A DNA stretch of 64,000 bases. Origin: a bacterium. Its GTDB lineage: Bacteria; UBA8248. Numbering within the stretch: position 1 is the stretch's first letter; the number at the start of each line of letters is the position of its first letter. A model generated the notes under the pieces. The model was not told the origin of the DNA and did not search any database. It saw nothing but the letters and a program-made list of their open reading frames with translations. Both the position numbers and the translations under genes were made by a program. Below, one piece after another: positions 47,345-56,229 of this stretch. Where the stretch lies: NCBI GenBank assembly GCA_965199855.1, contig OZ241326.1, forward strand, positions 2,400,001 to 2,464,000. Reading direction: 5' to 3'.

Positions 47345-50146
47345 ATGGAGACGGAACCCCGCAGAACCGAAGAGGCGCCGGCGGGCGATGAGGAGGCGCC
47401 GGCGGCGTCGAACGGGGCGAACCGGAGCGAATTCGACGATTCGAGGTATCTGCCCGACCCGGGCGGCGCGTTCACCCTCGTGGACGAGTCCGAATTCGAC
47501 CGCATAGAGACGCTCGAGTGGATCGAATCGCTCAACTACGTTCTCCAGGCCAAGGGGCCCGAGCGGACGAAAACCCTGCTTCGCCATCTCCAGGTTCACG
47601 CCGTTCGCTCGGGCGTCTCCCGCCCCTTCTCGGCGAACACCCCTTACGTCAACACGATTCCCCTCGAGAAGCAGCCCCCCTTCCCCGGAGACCGGGCGAT
47701 TGAGCGCCGCATCAAGAGCCTCGTCCGCTGGAACGCGATGGCCATGGTCGTGCGCGCCAACGCGGAGGACGCCTCCATCGGCGGGCACATCTCCACCTAC
47801 GCCTCGGCGGCCACGCTGCTGGAGGTCGGGTTCAACCACTTCTTCCGGGGGAAGAGCCATCCCTGCGGCGGCGACCTCGTGTATTTTCAGGGCCACAGCG
47901 CCCCCGGCATCTACGCCAGGGCCTTCCTGGAGGGGCGCCTGACGGAGGAGCACCTCGGGAACTTCCGGCGCGAGCTCCGGGAGGGCGGCGGGCTGTCCTC
48001 CTATCCGCACCCCTGGCTCATGTCCGACTTCTGGGAGTTTCCGACGGTCTCCATGGGCCTCTCGCCCCTCATGGCGATATACCAGGCGCGGTATCTGCGC
48101 TATCTCGAGGACCGCGGCCTCAAGATCGCCACGGGCCAGAGGGTGTGGGCGTTCCTGGGCGACGGGGAGATGGACGAGCCCGAATCCCTGGGCGCCATCA
48201 CCCTCGCCGCGCGGGAGAAGCTCGACAACCTCATCTTCGTCATCAACTGCAACCTCCAGCGGCTGGACGGCCCGGTGCGCGGCAACGGCAAAATCATCCA
48301 GGAGCTGGAGGCCGCCTTCCGGGGCGCGAGGTGGAACGTCATCAAGGTCATCTGGGGCGACGACTGGGACCCCCTGGTGGCGATGGACGAGGAGGGCGTC
48401 CTGCTCCGGCGCATGGGCGAGACGGTGGACGGGCAGTATCAGAAATACAGCGTCCAGGAGGCCCACAAGGGCCGCTACCTGCGCGAGCACTTCTTCGGCG
48501 TGGACGATCGGCTCAGGACGATGGCCGACGGCTTCTCGGACGAGCGGCTCGGCAGGATGCGGCGCGGCGGCCACGACCCCGAAAAGGTGTTCGCCGCCTA
48601 TCAGGCCGCGATGGAGTGCAGGGATCGCCCCACGGTCATCCTCGCCAAGACGGTCAAGGGATACGGGCTGGGCGAGGGCGGCGAGGGCAGGAACATCACC
48701 CACCAGCAGAAGAAGCTCAACCAGGACGAGCTCAAGGAGTTCCGGAAGCGCTTCGAGATTCCCGTCTCGGACGAGGAGGTCGTCCGGGCGCCGTTCTACA
48801 GGCCGCCGGAGGACAGCCCCGAAATCGTCTACCTCAAGGCGAAGCGCCAGGCGCTGGGAGGCTACGTTCCCACCAGGCGAACCGCCTCCGAGCCGATCGA
48901 ACTCCCTCCCGGCGACCTGTTCGAGGAGTTTCTCCGGGGAACGGAGGGGCGCGAGGTCTCCACGACCATGGTGTTCGTCCGGGTTCTGAGCAAGCTGCTC
49001 CGGGACAAGGGGCTGGGCAAGCTCGTCGTCCCCATCGTGCCGGACGAGGCGAGAACGTTCGGCATGGAGGCGCTCTTCCGCCAGATCGGCATCTACTCCC
49101 ACGCCGGCCAGCTCTACGAGCCCGTGGACCGCGACAGCCTCCTCTACTACAAGGAGGCGCAGAACGGGCAGATTCTCGAGGAGGGCATCACCGAGGCGGG
49201 GTCGATGGCCTCGTTCATCGCCGCCGGAACCTCCTACGCCACGCACGGCGTGAACACGATTCCCTTCTACATCTACTATTCGATGTTCGGTTTCCAGCGC
49301 ATCGGCGACCTCATCTGGGCCGCGGCGGACATGCGCGCGCGCGGCTTCCTCATCGGGGGAACGGCCGGCCGCACCACCCTGAACGGGGAGGGACTCCAGC
49401 ACCAGGACGGCAACAGCCACCTCCTCGCCTATCCCGTTCCCAACCTGCTCACCTACGACCCGGCCTTCGCCTTCGAGATGGCGGTGATCATCCAGGACGG
49501 AATCCGCCGGATGTACAAGGAGCAGGAGAGCGTCTTCTACTACCTCACCGCCTACAACGAGAACTACGCCATGCCGCCCATGCCGGAGGGCGCGGAAACC
49601 GGCATCCTGAAGGGCATGTACCTCTTCCGGCCCTCGCGGAAGCAGTCGGGCCTCAAGGCGCAGCTGCTGGGAAGCGGCCCCATATTGAACGAGGCGCTCA
49701 AGGCGCAGGAAATCCTCGAGGAGCGCTACTCGGTGGCGGCCGACGTGTGGAGCGTCACCAGCTACAAGGAGCTCCGGCGCGACGCCCTCGAGGCCGAGCG
49801 GTGGAACATGCTGCATCCGGGGCAGGCGCCGAGAACGCCTTACGTGACGCAGTGCCTCACGCCGGGGCGCGGCGTGTGCGTGGCGGCCTCGGACTACGTG
49901 AAGGCCACGCCCGACTCGATCTCCAGGTGGGTGCCGTCTCCCATGATTTCGCTGGGAACCGAGGGGTTCGGCAGAAGCGAATCCAGGGAGGCTCTCAGGG
50001 ATTTCTTTGAAATCGACGCGCGCTACATCGCGCTCGCCGCGCTGTACGGCCTGGCGCGCGAGAAGAGCATCTACCTCGATCTCGTGAAAAAGGCGATTCA
50101 GGACATGGAGATCGACCCCGAAAAAGCCGATCCGATAATTTCCTGA
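47345..50146 (+). CDS. aceE: Pyruvate dehydrogenase E1, homodimeric type
   Basis: ETLEWIESL, TPYVNTIP, GGHISTYAS, GLSSYPHPWLM, GDGEMDEPES, PDEARTFGME, GEGLQHQDG. ATG 47345 with a GGAGG SD; TGGTATATT extended -10 at 47303. Confidence 0.97.
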   Translation: METEPRRTEEAPAGDEEAPAASNGANRSEFDDSRYLPDPGGAFTLVDESEFDRIETLEWIESLNYVLQAKGPERTKTLLRHLQVHAVRSGVSRPFSANTPYVNTIPLEKQPPFPGDRAIERRIKSLVRWNAMAMVVRANAEDASIGGHISTYASAATLLEVGFNHFFRGKSHPCGGDLVYFQGHSAPGIYARAFLEGRLTEEHLGNFRRELREGGGLSSYPHPWLMSDFWEFPTVSMGLSPLMAIYQARYLRYLEDRGLKIATGQRVWAFLGDGEMDEPESLGAITLAAREKLDNLIFVINCNLQRLDGPVRGNGKIIQELEAAFRGARWNVIKVIWGDDWDPLVAMDEEGVLLRRMGETVDGQYQKYSVQEAHKGRYLREHFFGVDDRLRTMADGFSDERLGRMRRGGHDPEKVFAAYQAAMECRDRPTVILAKTVKGYGLGEGGEGRNITHQQKKLNQDELKEFRKRFEIPVSDEEVVRAPFYRPPEDSPEIVYLKAKRQALGGYVPTRRTASEPIELPPGDLFEEFLRGTEGREVSTTMVFVRVLSKLLRDKGLGKLVVPIVPDEARTFGMEALFRQIGIYSHAGQLYEPVDRDSLLYYKEAQNGQILEEGITEAGSMASFIAAGTSYATHGVNTIPFYIYYSMFGFQRIGDLIWAAADMRARGFLIGGTAGRTTLNGEGLQHQDGNSHLLAYPVPNLLTYDPAFAFEMAVIIQDGIRRMYKEQESVFYYLTAYNENYAMPPMPEGAETGILKGMYLFRPSRKQSGLKAQLLGSGPILNEALKAQEILEERYSVAADVWSVTSYKELRRDALEAERWNMLHPGQAPRTPYVTQCLTPGRGVCVAASDYVKATPDSISRWVPSPMISLGTEGFGRSESREALRDFFEIDARYIALAALYGLAREKSIYLDLVKKAIQDMEIDPEKADPIIS

Positions 50147-50165
50147 TCCGGACCCCGGGGGCCGC

Positions 50166-51449
50166 ATGACCACCGAATTCAGACTCCCCGAGCTCGGGGA
50201 AAACATCCAGTCGGGAAAGGTGATCTCCGTTCTGGTGAGCGTGGGCGAGACCATCGCGCTGGATCAGCCCGTCATCGAGGTGGAGACCGAAAAGGCGCTC
50301 ATCGAGGTGCCCTCGTCCGTCGAGGGCAGGATCGCGGAAATTCGCCTTGAACCCGGCGACGACGCCGAGGTGGGCGCGACCATTCTCGTCGTCGAGGAAA
50401 GCGGCGCGGAGCCCGCCCCGGCGGAGGCGGAGGGAGGCGCCGGGGGGGGCGTCGAGGAACCTCCATCGGAGGCGGACGCGCCGCTCACCGCCGAGCCGTC
50501 CGCTCCCCCGGCCGCGCCTCCTGCGGCTGCGCCTGAACCCGTCCCCGGCGCCGGGACGCCCGCGGCGCCCGCGGCGCGCAGAATCGCGCGCGAGGCGGGC
50601 GTGGATATCCGCGAGGTTCCCGGCAGCGGCGCCGGCGGCAGAATCTCTCCGCAGGACGTGAGGGAGTTCGCCGCGGCGCGGGGCGCCGCGCCGGGCGCGC
50701 CCGCGTGGATGCGCGCGCCGGTTCAGCTGCCCGACCTCGCCCGCTGGGGAGAGGTCGAGCGCGCGCCCATGTCGGGAATCCGCCGGGCGGCGTCCGCCAA
50801 TCTCGCCCGCGCGTGGGCGCTCATCCCCCACGTCACCCAGTGCGAGAAGGCGGACGTCTCCGAGCTCGAGAACCTGAGAAAGAAATTCGCTCCCGAGGCG
50901 GAGGCCGCCGGCGGCAAACTCACCATCACCGCCGTTTTGATAAAAGTTCTCGCCTCGGCGCTCGGGGCCTTCCCGCAGTTCAACGCGAGCGTGGACGCGG
51001 CCGCCGGCGAGATCGTCCTCAAGCGCTACGCGCACGTGGGCGTCGCCGTGGACACCGAGAGCGGCCTGCTCGTTCCGGTGATCCGCGACGCGGACAAAAA
51101 GAGCGTCATCGAGCTCTCGGTGGAGCTCGGCGAGGCCGCCGGGCGCGCCCGCTCCCGAAGGCTCGCCCCGGACGACATGGAGGGCGGCTCCATCACCATC
51201 ACGAACCTCGGGGGCCTCGGCGGCACCTATTTCACCCCGATCGTGAAGTGGCCCGAAGTCGCCATCCTCGGCGTCTCGCGGGCGCGCATGGAGCCCGTCT
51301 GGACGGGCGAGGCCTTCGCGCCGCGCCTCATGCTCCCGCTCATGGTCTCCTACGATCACCGCGTCATCGACGGGGCGGACGGCGTCCGGTTCCTGCGCTG
51401 GGTGGCGGACGCCCTCGAAAAGCCGGCTCGCCTGAACCTGGGGGGCTGA
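50166..51449 (+). CDS. aceF: Dihydrolipoamide acetyltransferase E2 (single lipoyl domain)
   Basis: Lipoyl motif ETEKA, PSBD AAPAARRIARE-GVD, catalytic YDHRVIDGADG. Confidence 0.95.
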   Translation: MTTEFRLPELGENIQSGKVISVLVSVGETIALDQPVIEVETEKALIEVPSSVEGRIAEIRLEPGDDAEVGATILVVEESGAEPAPAEAEGGAGGGVEEPPSEADAPLTAEPSAPPAAPPAAAPEPVPGAGTPAAPAARRIAREAGVDIREVPGSGAGGRISPQDVREFAAARGAAPGAPAWMRAPVQLPDLARWGEVERAPMSGIRRAASANLARAWALIPHVTQCEKADVSELENLRKKFAPEAEAAGGKLTITAVLIKVLASALGAFPQFNASVDAAAGEIVLKRYAHVGVAVDTESGLLVPVIRDADKKSVIELSVELGEAAGRARSRRLAPDDMEGGSITITNLGGLGGTYFTPIVKWPEVAILGVSRARMEPVWTGEAFAPRLMLPLMVSYDHRVIDGADGVRFLRWVADALEKPARLNLGG

Positions 51450-51577
51450 CGCCCCCGGGAGGAGGAGCGGCCGCGTCCCGGGAGTCGGGCGCGCCGCTCG
51501 CCCTCGCCCCCCGGGCGCGAAGCCCCCTTGGGGAGCTGGGGCTTCCCCCCGCTTTTCATCCGCCGGACGCTCCTTCC

Positions 51578-52150
51578 ATGGCGAACCTTCTGGGCGACTG
51601 GAATTTTCTGCAATACTGGTGGTGGAAGCCCTACCTGGAGCCCCTCGTCGGCCTGGGCTGGTTCGCGGGCGTCATCGCCCTGGGCTCCGTCCTCTTCTTC
51701 GCCCTCACGGGAAGCGCCCGACTCGCCGAATACAGGCTGGCCGTCTTCCCCCCGAAAGAGCCGAAAGAGCCGGAGATTCCCGCCGACGAAGCGGCGCTCG
51801 CCGAGTTCATGGAGTCTTTTTTCCCCGAAGCGTCGGAGGAGGAAATCCTGCGGATGGAGCGAACCCTCGCGGACGTCATGCGCGAGGAGATTCACCCGGA
51901 GGCGGCGCGCGAACTGGAGGCGCGGGGGATATCCGTCCGGCTCCTGACGCTCCCGCTTCCCGATGCCGTGCGCGAGGCGCGAGGCTATCCGGCGGCGGCC
52001 TGGCGACCCCGCCTGAACGCGATAGAAATCTACGGGTCGATCCTCAAAAGCGAATGCCGGGGAGAGCCGGAGCGCTGGCGGGAGAAGATGGGGGAGCTTC
52101 TGCCGCGCGAAATCGGCCGCGCCCTAGGCGCGGATGAGCCGGGCGCCTAG
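51578..52150 (+). CDS. Membrane-anchored protein with a degenerate minimal-zincin-like C-terminus
   Basis: N-terminal TM helix. The C-terminal IEIY...EC...LLPREIGRALG sits where Zincin_1 proteins have HE(I/V)xHxxG. Confidence 0.5.
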   Translation: MANLLGDWNFLQYWWWKPYLEPLVGLGWFAGVIALGSVLFFALTGSARLAEYRLAVFPPKEPKEPEIPADEAALAEFMESFFPEASEEEILRMERTLADVMREEIHPEAARELEARGISVRLLTLPLPDAVREARGYPAAAWRPRLNAIEIYGSILKSECRGEPERWREKMGELLPREIGRALGADEPGA

Positions 52151-52155
52151 CCCTC

Positions 52156-53670
52156 TCAGCCTTCATGCGCCTCCAGGTCGGCGGGATCGCTCACCTCCAG
52201 GCTTCCCCTCAGCCCGAAGAGGCGCCGCATCTTCTTTCTGAAGGCGGGCGTGAAGAGCCTCTCGGCGTAGAAGCGGCCCGCCGCCCTCTTGTTCACCTGC
52301 GCCAGCGTGGGATAGACGTGCACCGTGTCCACCACCTCCCTGACGCGCATCTTCCTGCGGACGGCCAGGGCGAACTCGTGCAGTATCTCGCCCGCGGAGG
52401 GCCCGACCAGATCGGCGCCCACGAGCCTGCCCTTGGCGTCGCACACCACCTTGCAGAGACCCTCCGTCTCGCCGTCCAGAACGGCGCGATCCACCCGGCT
52501 CATCGGAAAGCGGAGGATCCGCGCGCGGTTCGCCCCGAACGCCTCCCTGGCCTCCGCCTCGCCCATGCCGACGTGCGCCGCCTCGGGCGTGGTGTAGATC
52601 GTCCAGGGGACGGCGTCGTAGTTCGTCTTTTTCCTGAGAAACGGGAGCGGAACGCCGAAGGGCGCGCTGAACAGCATGTTTCTGAGCGCCACGCCCGCCT
52701 CATACTCCGCCATGTGGGTGAACAGATATTGGCCCCGCACGTCGCCCGCGGCGAAGACGCGCGGATTCGAGGTGCGGAGCCAGGCGTCCGTCTCCACCCC
52801 GCGCGGGGTGAAGCGCACGCCCGCCCTCTCCAGGTCCATGCCGCCCACGTTGGGCGAGCGGCCGGTGGCGACGAGCAGCCGGTCGCAGACCCACTCCCTC
52901 CTCCCCGAGGGCGTGTCGGCCTCGACGAGAATCTCATCGCCGCGCTTCGTGATTTTTCGCGCGTCCGCCTCGAAATGGAGTCTCAGGCCGGATTTTTTCA
53001 GGCAGTCGGCGAGGAGCGCCGCCATCTCGGCGTCGAGCCTCGGCAGGAGCTTCGGCGCGCGCTGGAGCACGTCCACCTCGGCGCCCAGCTGCTGAAACGC
53101 CTGGGAGAGCTCCAGGCCGATGGGCCCGGCGCCCAGCACCACGAGGCGCCTCGGTAGCTCCTCCAGATTGAATACGGTCTCGTTCGTGAGGTAGGGAGCG
53201 TCCGCAAGGCCGGCGACGGGCGGCACGAAGGGGGAGCTGCCCGTCGCCAGCAGGAATTTCCTGGCGCGAAGCGTCCTGTCGCCGACCCGGAACGCATCGG
53301 GGCCGATGAAGGCGCCCTCTCCGAAGACGACCTCTATTCCCATGCCCTCGAAGCGCGAGGGCGCGTCGTGCTCGCCGATGCGGGCCTGGGCCGCCTTCAT
53401 GCGCTTCATCACGCGCGGGAAATCGACCCGAACCTCGCCGGCGTCGACGCCGAACGCGGGCATCGAGCGCGCCTGCGCCGCCAGCCGCGCCGCCCGGATG
53501 AGGCCCTTCGAGGGCACGCAGCCGTAGTTCAGGCAGTCGCCGCCGAGCTTCGCCTTCTCGACGAGGGCGACCTTCGCGCCCAGCTGCGCCGCGCCGACCG
53601 AGGCCACGAGCCCCCCGACGCCCCCGCCGATGGCGACCAGATCGAATGACGATTCCTTGTTCAAGCGCAT
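52156..53670 (-). CDS. Class-I pyridine nucleotide-disulfide oxidoreductase (MerA/LpdA-like, no C-terminal CC)
   Basis: GGGVGG, GGDCLNYGCVPSK, GAGPIGLE, ATGR, AAGDV, HVYPTL. Confidence 0.9.
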   Translation of the reverse strand: MRLNKESSFDLVAIGGGVGGLVASVGAAQLGAKVALVEKAKLGGDCLNYGCVPSKGLIRAARLAAQARSMPAFGVDAGEVRVDFPRVMKRMKAAQARIGEHDAPSRFEGMGIEVVFGEGAFIGPDAFRVGDRTLRARKFLLATGSSPFVPPVAGLADAPYLTNETVFNLEELPRRLVVLGAGPIGLELSQAFQQLGAEVDVLQRAPKLLPRLDAEMAALLADCLKKSGLRLHFEADARKITKRGDEILVEADTPSGRREWVCDRLLVATGRSPNVGGMDLERAGVRFTPRGVETDAWLRTSNPRVFAAGDVRGQYLFTHMAEYEAGVALRNMLFSAPFGVPLPFLRKKTNYDAVPWTIYTTPEAAHVGMGEAEAREAFGANRARILRFPMSRVDRAVLDGETEGLCKVVCDAKGRLVGADLVGPSAGEILHEFALAVRRKMRVREVVDTVHVYPTLAQVNKRAAGRFYAERLFTPAFRKKMRRLFGLRGSLEVSDPADLEAHEG

Positions 53671-53725
53671 CCCCTTCCCGGACGGCGAAAGCCGCCCCTC
53701 CCGCGACAAGCGCGCGGCGTCCGCG

Positions 53726-55267
53726 TCAGGCGGCTCCCTCTTCCGAAGGCGCTCCCTCCTCCGAAGGCATGAAGGAGAGCGCGAAGAACAGCCCCGCCAT
53801 GAGAAGCCAGCCGAGCGCCATCCGGGGCGCCGCCGCCCAGGCGAACACGCTGTCCACGCCGAAGGGGGTGATGCGCCAGGCGTGGATGATCCCGAACCAG
53901 CTCGCCACCGCGCCGGCCAGCGCCCAGCCCGCCGCCTGCTTCGCCTGCCTGTCCACCAGCTTCGCCACCGCGGCCGTGATGATGAGGGAGGTGAAGATGA
54001 AGCCGCGCTCCAGGGTGATCATCCCCTCCAGGTGAAAGCCCGCCTTGGCGAACGCCTCCTGCCCGACCTTGTGCAGACTCGTTCCCGCTCCCCGGAGGGC
54101 GGATTCCACCACCAGCAGGCCCCACGCGGCGAGGGTCGGGACGAGGCCCAGGGCCACGGCCGCGCCGTGGCGCGCCGGCGTCGCCTGGAACGCCTGGGTG
54201 ACGATCATCAGCCCTATCCAGAGCATGATGGCGAACAGCGCCTCTTCGGGGATGATTTTCGAGAGCGCCGCGAGCGAGCCGGTGAGGCAGAGAAGCGTGA
54301 TGACGACTCCGTTGACGGCGCTGTAGGCCGAACGCGCCCCCACCGCCTTCCAGGCCGGGTGTCCGATGTAGATGGTCGTGGGAAAGCAGCTGCCCAGGCA
54401 CGCCGCCAGAAGCGAGCCCGCGCCGTTCACCGCCAGCGAGCTGCGCGTCTCGAACCTGTCGCCGCCCACGGCCGCGCTCTCCAGGCACATGAGGCTGCCC
54501 ACGAGCGTCGCCAGCCCCATGGGGATGGAGACCGCGAGAAAGTCCCACGCCAGCGGCCCGAAGAGCGCGCCGAACAGGGAGCCCAGGGCGAGGGTCGGGA
54601 ACGTGAGGCCCACGGCGGCGGGGACGTCGGCCGGCCCCCGGACGATGAGCGAGAGAATGACGCCCGCCGCCACCGCCACGAGGCCGCCCGGCAGGCCGAA
54701 GGGGAGCCGGAACCCGCCGAAATACTGGATGAGGATGATTCCCAGAGGCACCATGGAGATGAGCGGATTCTCCCAGATTCTGAACGCGAACCCCATGGTG
54801 ATGAAGGTGAGGCCGATGCCGCCGAGCGCGGAGAGAAGGGCGGCCCGGGGCGCGAGCCGCCGGACGCGGTCGCCCACCAGCGCGCCCAGGGTCTCGATGA
54901 TTCCGCTCACGAAGCAGGCCGCCAGCCCCGCCTGCCAGGCGGCCTCGACGCTTCCCGTCTTGATCTTGACGGGCAGCATGATGAGAAAGATGAACACGAA
55001 GATCGTCGGCGTGTTCACCCCGTAGGGCATGGCGGTCACGTCCTCGCGCCCCTCGCGCTCCGCCAGGCGGCGCGCCTGCCAGGAGTAGAAAAGGTTGCCG
55101 CCCAGGATGCTCAGGGCCGCGGCGGGAAGCACGCGCCCGAAAATGAGCTCGTCGGGAAATTCGAGAACGAACTTGAGGAGACTCACGACCACGAGAAGGC
55201 TGGCGAGGTTGTCCATCCACAGCCCGAAGAAGCCGTCGATATCTCCCTTCACGAACCACCTGGACAT
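53726..55267 (-). CDS. NCS2/AzgA-like nucleobase permease
   Basis: WFVKGDIDGFFGL, TAMPYG, ESAAVGGD, FPTTIYIGHPAWKAVGAR; many TM helices. Start ATG 55267. Confidence 0.88.
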   Translation of the reverse strand: MSRWFVKGDIDGFFGLWMDNLASLLVVVSLLKFVLEFPDELIFGRVLPAAALSILGGNLFYSWQARRLAEREGREDVTAMPYGVNTPTIFVFIFLIMLPVKIKTGSVEAAWQAGLAACFVSGIIETLGALVGDRVRRLAPRAALLSALGGIGLTFITMGFAFRIWENPLISMVPLGIILIQYFGGFRLPFGLPGGLVAVAAGVILSLIVRGPADVPAAVGLTFPTLALGSLFGALFGPLAWDFLAVSIPMGLATLVGSLMCLESAAVGGDRFETRSSLAVNGAGSLLAACLGSCFPTTIYIGHPAWKAVGARSAYSAVNGVVITLLCLTGSLAALSKIIPEEALFAIMLWIGLMIVTQAFQATPARHGAAVALGLVPTLAAWGLLVVESALRGAGTSLHKVGQEAFAKAGFHLEGMITLERGFIFTSLIITAAVAKLVDRQAKQAAGWALAGAVASWFGIIHAWRITPFGVDSVFAWAAAPRMALGWLLMAGLFFALSFMPSEEGAPSEEGAA

Positions 55268-55377
55268 TCGGAACTCCTCCCACGCGAGATGAAGCCGATC
55301 GGGCGCGATGAGCGGATAGTAAAGCAAGCCGCCCCGCCCGCCAAGAGCCTCCCGGCGTTTTCTCTCCCGCGCCGCTC

Positions 55378-55386
55378 TGCTATGAT
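55378..55386 (+). promoter_or_regulatory. Putative extended -10 promoter of the selenoprotein gene
   Basis: TGCTATGAT about 45 bp upstream of ATG 55429, in the divergent intergenic region. Confidence 0.45.
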
Positions 55387-55428
55387 GCGCCGCACGCTCA
55401 TCGCGATCCCCGCTTCGGGAGAGAAGCC

Positions 55429-56181
55429 ATGGAACCCGTCAAGGTCTATACGCGGCACGGCTGATACACCTGCGCCCTTACGAGAGAGTTTCTCTCGTCG
55501 AACGGCCTGGAGGTCGTGAACAGGGACTGCACGAACGACCCGGAGGCGCGGGCGGAGCTCGCGGCGCTGGGGCTGAAGTCCCTGCCCGTCTCCGCGCGGG
55601 GGGAGAGCGTCGTCGTGGGCTACGACGTGGACGCGCTCCGGGAAGCCTTCGGCGTCGAGGGGAGCGGGGCGGAATCCCTCTCCGCGGAGAAGATGCGGCG
55701 CTACTTCGGGATGGTCTTCGACGCCCTGCGCCGCGCGGTTCGCCAGATTCCGCAGGAAACGCTCGATTGGGTCTCCCCCGGCAGGCCCCGCACGCTGCGC
55801 CAGCTCACCTGGCACAGCTTCGAGCGTCCCGACCTGGTGATGCGGGCGCGCGCCTCGGGAGAATACACCGAGGAGATGGTGCGGGCGTATGAGACGGCGG
55901 CCGACGCCTATCGGACGGCTGAGGACATCTGCGCCTACGGGGATGAAATCGAGGCGAAGCTCGACGCCTTTCTCGCCGGCGGCGCGGGCGCGCTCTCCCG
56001 GAAGGTGGCGAGCTACATGGGGCCCATCACCGCGCACGAGCTGATGATTCTCGCCCTGGGGCACGCCTTCCAGCACCTGCGGCAGACCTATCACTACTTC
56101 GGGATGCTGGGGATCGAGCCGAAAAACCCCCTCAGCCCCGAAGACTACGAGGAAGTCCCCGTGCCGGCGGATCTTTTCTAG
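55429..56181 (+). CDS. Selenocysteine-containing glutaredoxin/NrdH-like domain (UxxC) fused to a DinB-like domain, 250 aa
   Basis: ATG 55429 (GGGAGAG SD) is in frame with ORF 55516: MEPVKVYTRHG-TGA-YTC-ALTREFLSSNG...RDC...LKSLPV...VVGYD. C-terminal RTLRQLTWH...HAFQHLRQ. Confidence 0.85.
55474..55506 (+). promoter_or_regulatory. Putative bacterial SECIS element
   Basis: Perfect stem ACGAGAGA/TCTCTCGT (55480-55498) with a G-containing apical loop about 23 nt after the TGA (55462-55464); lower stem GCCCTT/AACGGC. Confidence 0.72.
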
Positions 56182-56229
56182 GGCCGGCCTCGGCCGACCG
56201 TTCAATCAAATCCGCGAGGAGCCCGACCC

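Noticed and set aside
52156-53670. Calling this gene merA or lpdA
   Set aside because: It lacks the MerA C-terminal Cys-Cys and mer operon context, and lacks the LpdA HxHPTxxE motif.
55462-55464. Reading the TGA as a pseudogenising nonsense mutation or a global UGA reassignment
   Set aside because: It sits at the redox-Cys position with a SECIS-like hairpin and an otherwise intact frame, while many other genes here use TGA as a normal stop (ATGA overlaps).
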